64,000 bases of DNA from Euryarchaeota archaeon Ods01 (GCA_028751095.1 JAQZCZ010000001.1:149-64148); one strand, 5' to 3'; shown: positions 47,413 through 57,739, numbered from the stretch's first letter. Made by a program: numbers and translations. Notes: generated by a model not told the origin, from the sequence alone.

Positions 47413-48956
47413 CTATCGTCCTCCAGGCTTTCGAGCGCCGTCACCAGCGCGTCGGTCTTGTCCTCCGTCTCCTCGAACTCGTTTTCGGGAACCGAGTCCG
47501 CCACGATACCCGCGCCCGCCTGTACGATGACATCGCTCGTCCCGTCGTCGTTTTCGTCGAATGTCGCCGTCCGTATCGTGATGGCGAAGTCTGAGTCGCC
47601 GTTCCACGAGAAGTAGCCGACACCTCCGCCGTAGACGCCACGCGGTTCGGGTTCGAGTTCGTCGATTATCTCCATCGCACGTATCTTGGGTGCGCCCGAG
47701 AGCGTCCCCGCGGGAAAGACGGCACGTGTCGCGTCAAAGGCGTCGTGTTCGTCACGGAGACGTGCCGAGACAGTCGACTCTATATGCTGGACATGCGAGT
47801 ACTGTACGACGCTCATGAAGTCATCGACCTCAACCGTCCCGCCCTCGCCGACACGGCGTACGTCGTTTCTGCCGAGGTCTACGAGCATGACGTGTTCGGC
47901 GAGTTCTTTTTCGTCGCTCAGCATCTCGCCCGCGAGGCGTCGGTCCTCGACGGGAGTTTCGCCCCGCCCGCAGGTCCCCGCGATTGGGTTGGTCGTGACG
48001 CGACCGTCGTGGACGCCGACGAGGGTCTCGGGACTCGAACCCACGACTCCGAAGCCGTCGAACTCTACGAGGTACATATACGGCGACGGGTTGATTTCGC
48101 GGAGACGTGCGTAGAAGTCGCGCGTATCGCCACGGACGCGGTAACGTTTCTTCCGCGAAAGAACCGCTTGGTACACGTCGCCGTCGTAGACGTGTTCGCG
48201 GGCGCGTTCGACCGCCTCCTCGTACGTACCGCGGTCGCCCGCCTCCTCGTCGAGTATATCGAATCCTTCCGGTTTGCGTTCGTCGTACGTCCGGAGCGCC
48301 TCGACCGCGTCGCGTGCGTCCTCTATAGCGGCATCGTATACTTCGTCGGGGTCGTCGTCCTCGGTCAGAACGGGCGTGAAGACAAGACGCGTTTCGTCCT
48401 CCTCGTGGTCGTAGACGAGGTTACGTGTCGATAGAACGAAGACGGCGTCGTCTGTCGGCGTATCGAACGGTTCGTCTAGCCAGAGGTCGCCGACAGCGTC
48501 GTATGCGAGGAAGCCGACGAGTCCACCCTCGAATACCTGACGGTCGCCGTCGTCGAAGCCGACCGTCGAGGCGTTAGGGAAGAAGGAACGCAGAGCGTCG
48601 AGGGTATCCGCGCCGTCCACGACCTCGCCGTCGGTCACGGCGTCGAGAGCGCCGACGGTCGCACCGTCTCGGAGACCTTCGACCGTCACGGTCCGAGCGT
48701 TCGACCGGAAGACTGCGTCGGGCGCGTATCCGACGAACGAGTAACGGGCGCGTCCGTCGCCGCCGTTTCCGTCCGCGCCGACCTGCCTGAGCGCCGATAT
48801 GTCGGTTTCGGCGCTTTCGAGGAGGAAGGAGTAGTCGGTCCGTAGCGCCGAGTAAGCGGCGAGCGGCTTAGGGGCGTCAACGTGCGCGGAGAGACGGACG
48901 ACGGCAGGCGGTTCGACCTCGCGGAACTCGTCGCGCGAGAGGTCAAACTCCGGCAT
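47409..48956 (-). CDS. trpE: anthranilate synthase component I
   Basis: LLES, NPSPYM, PIAGT, EHVMLVDLGRND, PAGTLSGAPK. Confidence 0.96.
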   Translation of the reverse strand: MPEFDLSRDEFREVEPPAVVRLSAHVDAPKPLAAYSALRTDYSFLLESAETDISALRQVGADGNGGDGRARYSFVGYAPDAVFRSNARTVTVEGLRDGATVGALDAVTDGEVVDGADTLDALRSFFPNASTVGFDDGDRQVFEGGLVGFLAYDAVGDLWLDEPFDTPTDDAVFVLSTRNLVYDHEEDETRLVFTPVLTEDDDPDEVYDAAIEDARDAVEALRTYDERKPEGFDILDEEAGDRGTYEEAVERAREHVYDGDVYQAVLSRKKRYRVRGDTRDFYARLREINPSPYMYLVEFDGFGVVGSSPETLVGVHDGRVTTNPIAGTCGRGETPVEDRRLAGEMLSDEKELAEHVMLVDLGRNDVRRVGEGGTVEVDDFMSVVQYSHVQHIESTVSARLRDEHDAFDATRAVFPAGTLSGAPKIRAMEIIDELEPEPRGVYGGGVGYFSWNGDSDFAITIRTATFDENDDGTSDVIVQAGAGIVADSVPENEFEETEDKTDALVTALESLEDDR

Positions 48957-49548
48957 CGCGCACCTCGCGGACGAAGTTCTCTACCAGAACATCGTCCTTC
49001 GCCTCGCCGCGTTCGACGCCCGACGAGACATCGACGGCATACGGCGCGACGGTCTCGACGGCGCGGGAGACGTTCGAAGGGTCGAGTCCTCCCGCAAGGA
49101 CGACGGGAAGAGTGGTTTCGTCAACGAACCGCGCCGCTTCCTCCCAGTCGGTAGTCTCGCCGGTTCCGCCCGCACCCTGAGCGTCGGTCGAGTCAACGAT
49201 AACCGCGTCGGCGGCGTCGGAAGACGGTTCGTCGAACTCGACGCGTTCGACGACCTTTGCGTGTCGTGCCGCGCCATCGACGCCGACTCCGTTGTGTACC
49301 TGTACGGCGTCGGCGTCAGTCTCACGCGCGAGCGCCTCGACGTGGTCGTCGTCGTCGGGCATCGTAACGGCGACGGTAGTGACGAACGGCGGCGTCGCCT
49401 CGACGAGTTCGCGCGTCTCGTCACGGTCGAGTTCGCGGTGTGTCTCGACGGGAACCTCGGTGACGAAGCCGACGGCGTCGGCGCCCGCCTCGGCGACGGT
49501 TTCGAGTTCGTCGCGCGTCGTGATTCCACAGACCTTTACGCGTGTCAT
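48943..49548 (-). CDS. trpF: phosphoribosylanthranilate isomerase
   Basis: VKVCGIT, GGTG, LAGGL, DVSSGVE. Confidence 0.95.
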   Translation of the reverse strand: MTRVKVCGITTRDELETVAEAGADAVGFVTEVPVETHRELDRDETRELVEATPPFVTTVAVTMPDDDDHVEALARETDADAVQVHNGVGVDGAARHAKVVERVEFDEPSSDAADAVIVDSTDAQGAGGTGETTDWEEAARFVDETTLPVVLAGGLDPSNVSRAVETVAPYAVDVSSGVERGEAKDDVLVENFVREVRDAGV

Positions 49549-50546
49549 TGTGTCTCCGAGAGCGCGCGTAGCTTCTCGACAGCCTTTCCTTCGTCGATGG
49601 CGTTCCGCGCTACCTCGACGCCTTCCTCGACCGACGACGCGACGCCGGCGACGTAGAGCGCCGCGCCCGAGTTGGCGAGGACGATATCGCGTTTAGCGCC
49701 GTCCTCGTCTCCTGCGAAGACTGCGCGGAGGTCGCGTGCGTTCTCAGCGGGCGTGCCTCCGGCGACAGCCTCGACGGGCGCTTCCCCGACGCCTATCTCG
49801 TCGGGCGTTAACGTGTACTCCTCGACGGTTTCGCCGTCAACCTCGGCGACCGTCGTCTCGCCGTGGAGCGCGATTTCGTCCATACCCGCGCCGTGTACGA
49901 CGAGAGCGCGTTCGACATCCATATGAGCTAGCGACCGCGCCATGAGGGGGACGAGTTCATCGTCGTAGACACCGACGACCTGCGCCTCCGCACCCGCGGG
50001 GTTCGTGAGGGGTCCGAGAATGTTGAAGACTGTGCGCGCACCGAGTTCCTTCCGTGGTCCGATGACGCGTTTCATCGCGGGATGGAAGAGGGGCGCGAGC
50101 ATAAAGCCGACTCCAGCCTCCTCGATTGCGCGTTCGACCGCCGGAGGTTCGGCGTCTATCTCGACTCCCATCTCCTCCAGAACGTCGGCGCTCCCTGACG
50201 ATGACGAGACGGAGTAGTTACCGTGTTTAGCGACCGCCGCGCCGCCCGCCGACGCCACTATGGCGCTCGCGGTCGAGACGTTGATGGTATCGTGGTCGTC
50301 GCCTCCGGTTCCGCAGGTATCGACGAGCGGCGAGGCGTTGGGCGAGATACTCCGCGACGCCGCCTTCATTCCCTGAGCGAATCCGGCGATTTCCTCCTCA
50401 GTCTCGCCCTTCATGCGGAGAGCAACGAGAAGCCCGCCTATCTGTGCGTCGGTCGCATCCTCGAAGACGGCGTCCGCCGCCTCGCGTGCCTCATCGAGCG
50501 TCAGGTCCTCGCCTTCGACAGCCTTGTGTAAGTATTCCTGAACCAT
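49545..50546 (-). CDS. trpD: anthranilate phosphoribosyltransferase
   Basis: DTCGTGGD, KHGN, GSADVLE, FNILGPLTNP. Confidence 0.96.
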   Translation of the reverse strand: MVQEYLHKAVEGEDLTLDEAREAADAVFEDATDAQIGGLLVALRMKGETEEEIAGFAQGMKAASRSISPNASPLVDTCGTGGDDHDTINVSTASAIVASAGGAAVAKHGNYSVSSSSGSADVLEEMGVEIDAEPPAVERAIEEAGVGFMLAPLFHPAMKRVIGPRKELGARTVFNILGPLTNPAGAEAQVVGVYDDELVPLMARSLAHMDVERALVVHGAGMDEIALHGETTVAEVDGETVEEYTLTPDEIGVGEAPVEAVAGGTPAENARDLRAVFAGDEDGAKRDIVLANSGAALYVAGVASSVEEGVEVARNAIDEGKAVEKLRALSETQ

Positions 50547-50548
50547 GA

Positions 50549-50584
50549 TGTACAACTCTGTACTTTGGTGTACAGAATAGTTCA
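50549..50584. promoter_or_regulatory. phased TRP boxes (putative TrpY operator)
   Basis: TGTACA 50549-54, TGTACT 50559-64, TGTACA 50569-74 and AGTTCA 50579-84, each 4 bp apart, between the TATA-like TTTTA and the trpD start. Confidence 0.7.
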
Positions 50585-50617
50585 GGAAGTAAAAGAGTTG
50601 CTGATTAGACGGCTACG

Positions 50618-50956
50618 TCAGAGGGCGTCCTCGTCCTCCTCGCCGGTCCGTATACGGACAGCTCCTTCGACGGGGGTGATGAATATCTTGCCGTCGCCCA
50701 CCTCGCCCGTCTTGGCACTGTCGGCGATAGTGTTGACAACATCATCTACCTCTTCGTCGGATACGACGACCTCTATCCTCGTCTTGTTGAGGAGGTCGAC
50801 GCTGTACTCCTCGCCGCGCCACGTCTGCTTAACGCCCTCCTGGTTACCACGACCACGGACATCAGAGACGGTCATCGACGGGTAGCCTTCGGCAGAGAGT
50901 GCCGCTTTCACCTCTCCGAGTCTGTCGGGACGTATGACGGCTTCGACTTTCTTCAT
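50618..50956 (-). CDS. glnK: P-II nitrogen regulatory protein
   Basis: VRGRGNQ T-loop, TGEVGDGKIF, RIRTGE; downstream of amt. Confidence 0.95.
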   Translation of the reverse strand: MKKVEAVIRPDRLGEVKAALSAEGYPSMTVSDVRGRGNQEGVKQTWRGEEYSVDLLNKTRIEVVVSDEEVDDVVNTIADSAKTGEVGDGKIFITPVEGAVRIRTGEEDEDAL

Positions 50957-52389
50957 TCTTCATCACCTCCAAGCGCGAAGTCAGCTTCGCCGCCGTCGGT
51001 GACGGCGGGAGTGTCGGACGTGTCAGAGAACTCGGGGTACGCGGTAAGACCGTGTTCGGCACGGTCGAGACCCTCGTGTTCGTGTTCTTCCGTGACACGA
51101 GCCTGTCCGGCAGCCTTGAACGCGCCCCAGACGGCGGCGGTAGTGACGACCGTCCAGACGACGATTACGGCGGTACCGATTATCTGCGGAGCAAATGCGC
51201 CGGCGTCGACCGACAGTATACCGCCCGCGACGAGAGCCTCACCGACGGGGGTTCCGTCGACCGACCAGAGCGGGTACAGGACGACACCGATGACGCCTGC
51301 TGTACCGTGGACAGGGAAGACCGCACACACGTCGTCCAGCTTGAGCTTGCTCGTGACGAAGTCGAAGACGAGCGGAAGCTGGATACCACAGATTAGTCCG
51401 AGGGCGAGCGCTCCCATCGGCGTGAGCATGTCGGCGGTTCCGGTGACAGCGACCAGACCGGCGAGCATGCCGTTTGCGACGTAGAGCGTGTCGACCTTAC
51501 CGGAGCGTAACAGGGTCATCGCGCCCGCGCCGAGACCACCCATAGCCATGCCGAGGGTCGTCGCCATGGCGACGCGCCCGACTAATCCGAACGCCCCTAG
51601 CTCTATCGCGCCGTCCGCCGCCGCGGCAGGGTCAAGGACCGTAGCCGCGGTACCGACGTTGAAGCCGTACCAGCCGAAACAGAGCATCAGCGTTCCGAGG
51701 ACGGCGAAGGTTATCGAGTGTCCTGGAATGACGTTGACGCTTCCGTCGGCGTTGAAACGGTCGATACGTGCGCCCAGTACCCAGACTGCGGTCAGACCTG
51801 CGATACCGCCGACTCCGTGGACCACCATACCGCCCGCGAAGTCGTGGAATCCCATTCCGGTAAGGAGCGGGTCGACGCCTGGAGCGTACCAGACGAGACC
51901 CGAGACCACGGGGTAGATTATCGCCGCGAGTACGAAGGTGTATCCGACGTAGGCGCGGAGCTTGGCACGTCCTGCAACGGCTCCCGAGACGATGGTAGCG
52001 GCGGTCATTGCGAAGACCGCGCTGAAGAGCCACGTGAACCATCCTTGCGAGCCCTGACCGAACATGGCGAGGGCACTTCCGGGCGTACCGCCTCCGGCTA
52101 GGGTGCCGACGTTTCTTGCGACACCCATTCCGATTAGGAAGAAGACGACGACGCCGACAGACCACGTCAGCATGTTCTTGGTCAGCTGGTTCGCAACGTT
52201 CTTGCTACGAACCTGTCCCGATTCAAGCATTGCGAATCCGGCGTGCATGAAGAATATGAGGAATATGACCGTGAGTCCCCATGCCGTGTTCACACCGGTA
52301 GCGAGTTCTTCTATACCCCCACCCTCCAGCTGCGGTACGACGAAGTCATCGGCGAGCATCAACAGCTCGTATGTTAGTACGTCAACCAT
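50953..52389 (-). CDS. amtB: ammonium transporter
   Basis: FFMHAGFAMLESG, HDFAGGMVVH, FGWYGFN, DDVCAVFPVHG. Confidence 0.96.
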   Translation of the reverse strand: MVDVLTYELLMLADDFVVPQLEGGGIEELATGVNTAWGLTVIFLIFFMHAGFAMLESGQVRSKNVANQLTKNMLTWSVGVVVFFLIGMGVARNVGTLAGGGTPGSALAMFGQGSQGWFTWLFSAVFAMTAATIVSGAVAGRAKLRAYVGYTFVLAAIIYPVVSGLVWYAPGVDPLLTGMGFHDFAGGMVVHGVGGIAGLTAVWVLGARIDRFNADGSVNVIPGHSITFAVLGTLMLCFGWYGFNVGTAATVLDPAAAADGAIELGAFGLVGRVAMATTLGMAMGGLGAGAMTLLRSGKVDTLYVANGMLAGLVAVTGTADMLTPMGALALGLICGIQLPLVFDFVTSKLKLDDVCAVFPVHGTAGVIGVVLYPLWSVDGTPVGEALVAGGILSVDAGAFAPQIIGTAVIVVWTVVTTAAVWGAFKAAGQARVTEEHEHEGLDRAEHGLTAYPEFSDTSDTPAVTDGGEADFALGGDEE

Positions 52390-52702
52390 ATGTTCTTATT
52401 CTGTTTTCGCCTTTGAGCCCGAACTTCCTATTTTGGACGTTCGGGCATGTTATTCGGCATTCACACCAAATACATGTCTGTATAAAAGCATTACTAAGTC
52501 ATATGGCTGATTTATCATGGTTTTTGGCTGAACTTGTGCAATATTAGATGTCGTAATAGTTCGTGTGAAATGCCGGTGTGTCAACCGAAAGCCTTATTCA
52601 AATGTAGAACCAAAATAACGGCTTGTATAATTAGACCGGCGACGAAGGAGACTGAACGGGTGTCAGATACGTCAAAAATGGGGATACAGAAAGGTACGCG
52701 CG

Positions 52703-53098
52703 CTACTTACCCGTCTCCTCACGGAGGCGCGCGACGTACCTCTCGCGTACGTCTCCTTCGGCGTAGAACTCCGCGGGGTCATGGATTCCTACGTTAAATT
52801 CACGGGCTATCTCGACGGCATACTCGACGGCTTCGTCGTAGCCCGTGACGACCTTACGGAGCCTGCGCGCGGGCACGTCCGCCTCGACGTGGAAGGTGAC
52901 GCGCCAGCCGTCGCGTCCGCTCGCGGTGCCGCGTGAAGCTTCGGTGACTGTGATGAGCGGTAGGCAGGGGCGCGGATATTCGTCGCCGTCGAAGATGTCG
53001 GGGCGGTAGCATACGACCAAGCCGTCGTCCTCGGACCAGACGACCCAGCCCTCAGGGAGCTGGCGTCCGGCGTGTTCGGTAGGGAGGTCGGTGTCCAT
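52703..53098 (-). CDS. DUF5820-like haloarchaeal protein
   Basis: LPEGWVVW, YRPDIFDG..YPRPCLP. Confidence 0.75.
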   Translation of the reverse strand: MDTDLPTEHAGRQLPEGWVVWSEDDGLVVCYRPDIFDGDEYPRPCLPLITVTEASRGTASGRDGWRVTFHVEADVPARRLRKVVTGYDEAVEYAVEIAREFNVGIHDPAEFYAEGDVRERYVARLREETGK

Positions 53099-53134
53099 AC
53101 CGGCGATACGTGCGCGCGGTAAAGAGGCTTGTCG

Positions 53135-53707
53135 CTAATCGTCGACGAGAGAGACTGTTTCGACACGTTCGGCGACGGGGACGACGCGTTTCCGGAAGAC
53201 CGTGTACGCCGCCGAGACGACGAGGGCGGCGGCTACCGCGTAGAGGAAGACGAGCGGCGCGACGTACGCGACAGGGAGGGCGACAACGACGGCGATAGCG
53301 AGGTCCTCGGGTGCGCCGTCGTAACGGACCCAGCGCCGCGGCGCGTACCACCGTCCGGCGAAATGGTCGTAGACGGCGCGGTTCGAACGTGCCTCCCACG
53401 GGCGCGGTTCGGGTCCACCGCCGGCGATATCGGCGACGGAGTGCGCCCATGCGGCGGCGAGGAAGAAGAAGGCGGCGACCGTGACCGCCGACGGGTAGGC
53501 GAGGACGGCGGGTACGACCGCGGCGGCGGCGAAGCCGTAGTAACGCGGGAAATGGAGCGTGCGCCTATGGCGAGCGAGTACGTCGAGGTCGGGGAAGGAG
53601 CCGCCGACGAATCCGGCGACGAGCGCCGCGGGCGCGTACTCAGGCGCGACGAATGCGACGGGTACGGCTAGAAGCGCTCCTACGAGCGCGTGGGTGGTAA
53701 GCATCAT
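53135..53707 (-). CDS. membrane-bound metal-dependent hydrolase (YdjM-like)
   Basis: TTHALVG, PDLD, HRRTLH, HSVAD. Confidence 0.85.
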   Translation of the reverse strand: MMLTTHALVGALLAVPVAFVAPEYAPAALVAGFVGGSFPDLDVLARHRRTLHFPRYYGFAAAAVVPAVLAYPSAVTVAAFFFLAAAWAHSVADIAGGGPEPRPWEARSNRAVYDHFAGRWYAPRRWVRYDGAPEDLAIAVVVALPVAYVAPLVFLYAVAAALVVSAAYTVFRKRVVPVAERVETVSLVDD

Positions 53708-53750
53708 CGCCCGATATACGCGGCGCGCACCAATAAGCGGTACGGCGGCG

Positions 53751-55139
53751 CTACTCGGGGTCCTCGGGTTCGACGACACGTCCGAGGAACAAGACGGTGC
53801 CGGTGCGCCGGTCGCGTATGAAGAACAGAAACGGACGGTCGACGGTCATATCGAACGGGTCAGCGGGGGCGGACTCCGCGCCGATTACGACGCCGGTTGC
53901 GGCGGCGGCTTCCGTACCCTCCTCGTCAACCTCGATGAAGGTGTCGTGGTAGACATCGTAGATATAGAGGTTTTCGTCGGCGGCGTCGAGGTCGGCGATT
54001 CCGCCGAAGTCGGCGCGGTTAGCGTCGAACGCCGCCTCGGCGCCGAGCGACGAAAGAGCGTCCTGTAGAGCGAAGCCGGACTCGAAGCCAAAACGAGGCA
54101 GGCGCACCGTCCCCTCGCGGCTTTCGAGCGCCTCGACCGTTTCGACGAGACGGGGCGCGTCAAAGTCACGTTCGAGGTCGTCGAGTCCGACTTCCTCGTC
54201 GGGGAGTACGACGACCATCGAAAGGTCCCCGCCGACGTACGGGAGTTCGAGCGCCTGCGCGTCGTCGAGTCCGGCGTACGGGAAACGCGCCGAGTTTGAC
54301 ATCATCTGCACCTGCTTCGACCCGCCGTCAAGGAGCGTAAACTCGGCTTCGTCGGTCGCATCCTCGGGGAAAGGCGTCGCCCATGTCGCGTTGAGGTAGA
54401 TAGCGTTCGTGAGGACGAGACGCGTCAAGGAGTCGAGTGAACCCGACGGCAGAAGGTCTTCTATACGGTCCTCTGTCTGCTCGGCGACCCAGTCGTTGAT
54501 TTCCTCGCGCGCGCCCTCGGCGTCGGCGCGGTAATCGACGGTGCGCAGACCCGCCCCGTAATGCGTTTCGAGCGTATCGAGGTAGTCGTCAAGGAACGGA
54601 TAGTCGTCCTGTCCCCACGCGGCGTTGACGACGCGTAGGACGAACTCCTCGTCCTCTTCGAGTTCGACATCGTTACGTGCCTCCATCTCGCCGCGGAGGG
54701 CGGAGAAAGAGGCGTGGAGGTCGTCTCCTTCGAGAGTGTACCGGAGCGCCTCGTCGAGTCCTTCGGCTGTCTCGCCCCGAGCGCCCGCACGTGTCATAGC
54801 GAGCGCCGCCGAGATGCTGTACGGCGAGATGATGGTGTTGTCATCGTCGGGCACCACCTCTTGGTAGATATCCGAGGCGAAGGCGGTATTTCCGCGGACG
54901 AGCTGGCGGAGCGCCTCGGCGTCGGCGACTTCGGTCACGGGGTCGAGTTCCTGCGCGGGCGGGAGTTCCGACCATTCCCTTCCGCCCGGTTCGGTCTCGC
55001 CCGTCGTTTCGTCGTCATCTTCCTCGTCCGTCCCGTCGTCTCCGTTCGCGTCCTCACCGTCGAGACATCCCGCCATCGCCGAAGCGGCGAGGAATCCCGA
55101 GGCGGCGAGAATACGGCGTCTCGTCGTTCTGTCGTGCAT
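53751..55139 (-). CDS. serpin with Tat lipoprotein signal
   Basis: TRRRIL..MAGC lipobox; ISPYSI, NAIYLNATW, DEEGTEAAAAT hinge, DRPFLFFI, LFLGRV. Confidence 0.95.
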   Translation of the reverse strand: MHDRTTRRRILAASGFLAASAMAGCLDGEDANGDDGTDEEDDDETTGETEPGGREWSELPPAQELDPVTEVADAEALRQLVRGNTAFASDIYQEVVPDDDNTIISPYSISAALAMTRAGARGETAEGLDEALRYTLEGDDLHASFSALRGEMEARNDVELEEDEEFVLRVVNAAWGQDDYPFLDDYLDTLETHYGAGLRTVDYRADAEGAREEINDWVAEQTEDRIEDLLPSGSLDSLTRLVLTNAIYLNATWATPFPEDATDEAEFTLLDGGSKQVQMMSNSARFPYAGLDDAQALELPYVGGDLSMVVVLPDEEVGLDDLERDFDAPRLVETVEALESREGTVRLPRFGFESGFALQDALSSLGAEAAFDANRADFGGIADLDAADENLYIYDVYHDTFIEVDEEGTEAAAATGVVIGAESAPADPFDMTVDRPFLFFIRDRRTGTVLFLGRVVEPEDPE

Positions 55140-55193
55140 AGACGCCGTTAGGAGCGTAGGGACAAGAGGATTGCGTAGGCTGAAACGCGCGTT

Positions 55194-56597
55194 TCAGTCT
55201 AAGATACCGCGTTCGGTCATCGCGCGCACGTCGAGGTAGTCGTTGAGTTCGTCGTCGCTCAGCCCGTGTTCGCGCGCAACCTCGCGGACCGTGCGCCCTT
55301 CCTTGAGCGCCTGCTTAGCGATTTCGGCGGCGTCGTCGTATCCGATATGGGGCGCGAGGGCGGTCACGATGGCGAGCGACCGCTCGGCGTTTTCGGCACA
55401 CGTCTCCTCGTTCGCCTCTATATCCGCGACGCACCGGTCGGCGAGTAGGTCGGAGACGTTTGCGACGAGTTCGATAGACTGGAGGAGGTTGTGCGCCATC
55501 ACAGGCTTCATGACGTTGAGTTCGAAGTTGCCCGCCTGTCCGCCGACGTTTATCGCCGCGTCGTTACCCGTGACCTGTGCGGCGACCTGACAGACGGATT
55601 CGGGGATGACGGGATTAATCTTGCCCGGCATTATCGAGGAACCCGGCTGGACGGCGGGGAGGTCGATTTCGCCGAATCCGGTCCGTGGACCGCTCGAAAG
55701 CCACCGGAGGTCGTTGGCTATCTTCATCAGCGACGCCGCAACGGTCTTGAGAGCGCCGCTCGCCTCAACGACTGCATCGCGCGCCGCCTGTGCCTCGAAA
55801 TGGTTCTCCGCCTCAACGAACTTGACGCCTGTCTCCTCGCTGATATTTTCGACGACCTTCTCGGGGAAGTCGGGATGCGTGTTCAGTCCGGTGCCGACCG
55901 CCGTGCCTCCGATAGCGAGTTCGCGGAGAGAGTCGCGCGACTTCTCGACACGTTCGACGCCCTTCTCGATTTGCGCGGCGTACCCCCCGAACTCCTGTCC
56001 AAGACGGACGGGCGTCGCGTCCTGTAGATGTGTCCGTCCCGTCTTGACGATATCGTCGAACTCCTCCGCCTTGTCATCGAGTTCGCCCGCGAGGTTTTCG
56101 AGCGCGGGGAGGAGGTCTTCTTCGACCGCGGTCAACGCCGCGACGTGTATCGACGTGGGGATAACGTCGTTGCTCGACTGACCCATATTGACGTGGTCGT
56201 TGGGATGGACAGCCTTCGAACCCTTCTCCTCGCCGAGTATCTCGGACGCGCGGTTCGAGATGACCTCGTTAGCGTTCATGTTTGTCGATGTTCCGCTTCC
56301 CGTCTGGAAGATATCAACGGGGAACTCGTCGTCGTGTTCGCCCTCCGCGACCTCGCGCGCCGCCTGTACGATGGCGTCCTTCTTCTCGTCGTCGAGGGTG
56401 CCGAGTTCGTTGTTCGCCTTCGCCGCCGAAAGCTTGACGACGCCGAGAGCGCGTATGAACCGCCGTCCGAATCTCAGGTCGGAGACGGGGAAGTTATCGA
56501 CAGCGCGTTGCGTCTGAGCGCCGTAGAGGGCATCCTTCGGGACGCGCACTTCGCCCATCGAGTCCTCTTCGACACGGTAGTCGTTTTCATCCGTCAT
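55194..56597 (-). CDS. fumC: class II fumarate hydratase
   Basis: [33 protein letters not shown]. Confidence 0.95.
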   Translation of the reverse strand: MTDENDYRVEEDSMGEVRVPKDALYGAQTQRAVDNFPVSDLRFGRRFIRALGVVKLSAAKANNELGTLDDEKKDAIVQAAREVAEGEHDDEFPVDIFQTGSGTSTNMNANEVISNRASEILGEEKGSKAVHPNDHVNMGQSSNDVIPTSIHVAALTAVEEDLLPALENLAGELDDKAEEFDDIVKTGRTHLQDATPVRLGQEFGGYAAQIEKGVERVEKSRDSLRELAIGGTAVGTGLNTHPDFPEKVVENISEETGVKFVEAENHFEAQAARDAVVEASGALKTVAASLMKIANDLRWLSSGPRTGFGEIDLPAVQPGSSIMPGKINPVIPESVCQVAAQVTGNDAAINVGGQAGNFELNVMKPVMAHNLLQSIELVANVSDLLADRCVADIEANEETCAENAERSLAIVTALAPHIGYDDAAEIAKQALKEGRTVREVAREHGLSDDELNDYLDVRAMTERGILD

Positions 56598-56653
56598 GCG
56601 CCGACGATGGCGCGCGCTCTACAAAAAACCGTCCAAAAGCCGCGAGTCGGTGG

Positions 56654-57700
56654 TCAGTACGCGGGTCCGTAGCAGTACGTCGCTTCCGTCTCCTTACACC
56701 GGCACTGCCCCATTCCCCAGTCGTCGAGCGGTTCGTCGGCGACGATAGGCTCGACGAGGTCGGCGAGGACGCCCGGGAAACGCCGGTCGTCGTGCGGAAT
56801 CGGGACGCGGTGGAGTTCGACGCCGAGTTCGTCGCACTCCTCGTCAAGTTCGATATCGAGTTCGGAGAGCGTCTCCGACTGTTCGCGCATGAAGGAGACG
56901 GGTTCGACGACGACATGGGGCGCGTCAACCTCCTCGATTACGTCCTCAGTGTCGGGTTCGGTCCAGTCAACACCGCGGTTCTCGTGGTTCTGGTAGCCGA
57001 GGAGGTAGTTATCGACGCCGAGACGGTCCGCCATCCAGTCGCAGAACTCCTCGACGTAGTCGTCGTACCGGTGTCCAAGGTCGCCTTCAAGGTACTTCGT
57101 GGGCGTACCATGCGCCGAAAAGAGGAGTTCGGCGTCCTCGCCTATCTCGACGCCCTCGTCGTCGATGAAGTCGGCGAGGTTGTCGGCGCGGAGTTCGACG
57201 TAGTCGGGATGTTCGTGCCATCCGGTGACCTCGGTGTACTCGGGCGACCAGTCGAGTTCCTCAAGCGCCTCCTCGGTCATTTCGAGCGACTCGACCGTCG
57301 TCGTGCGTCCGCAGAGCGGATAGACGGGGAGGGCAACGAGTTCTTCGACGCCGTCGTCACGCGCCTCGCGCAACGCATCGTGGACGAAAGGCTCGGTGTA
57401 CTGCATTCCGTTGTATATTTCGACATCGTAGCCGCGTCCGCCGAGTTCGTCGGCGAGCGCATCCGCCTGCGCCCGCGCCTGTTTCTTGAGCGGCGACGGA
57501 CCCATCTCTTCGTACTCGGCGAGGAGTCCGGGCGCGCGTTTCTCGGCGAGTTCTCGTGCGCGCTCTCGCGCCGCCTCCTCGTCTTCGATATCCTCCATCT
57601 CCATATTGCTCAGGAATATGCGTTCAAGGTACGGAACGACGGCTTCGCGTGTCGTCTCCTCAGGTTCGCCGAAGTTGAGAAGCAGGACTCCTGTCGTCAT
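56654..57700 (-). CDS. hemH: ferrochelatase (probably coproporphyrin ferrochelatase)
   Basis: LLNFGEP, FSAHGTP, WTEP, SFMREQSETLSELD. Confidence 0.93.
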   Translation of the reverse strand: MTTGVLLLNFGEPEETTREAVVPYLERIFLSNMEMEDIEDEEAARERARELAEKRAPGLLAEYEEMGPSPLKKQARAQADALADELGGRGYDVEIYNGMQYTEPFVHDALREARDDGVEELVALPVYPLCGRTTTVESLEMTEEALEELDWSPEYTEVTGWHEHPDYVELRADNLADFIDDEGVEIGEDAELLFSAHGTPTKYLEGDLGHRYDDYVEEFCDWMADRLGVDNYLLGYQNHENRGVDWTEPDTEDVIEEVDAPHVVVEPVSFMREQSETLSELDIELDEECDELGVELHRVPIPHDDRRFPGVLADLVEPIVADEPLDDWGMGQCRCKETEATYCYGPAY

Positions 57701-57739
57701 GGGGTAGCGTACGCGCGCGCGATGCTTTACTTCTTTGGC

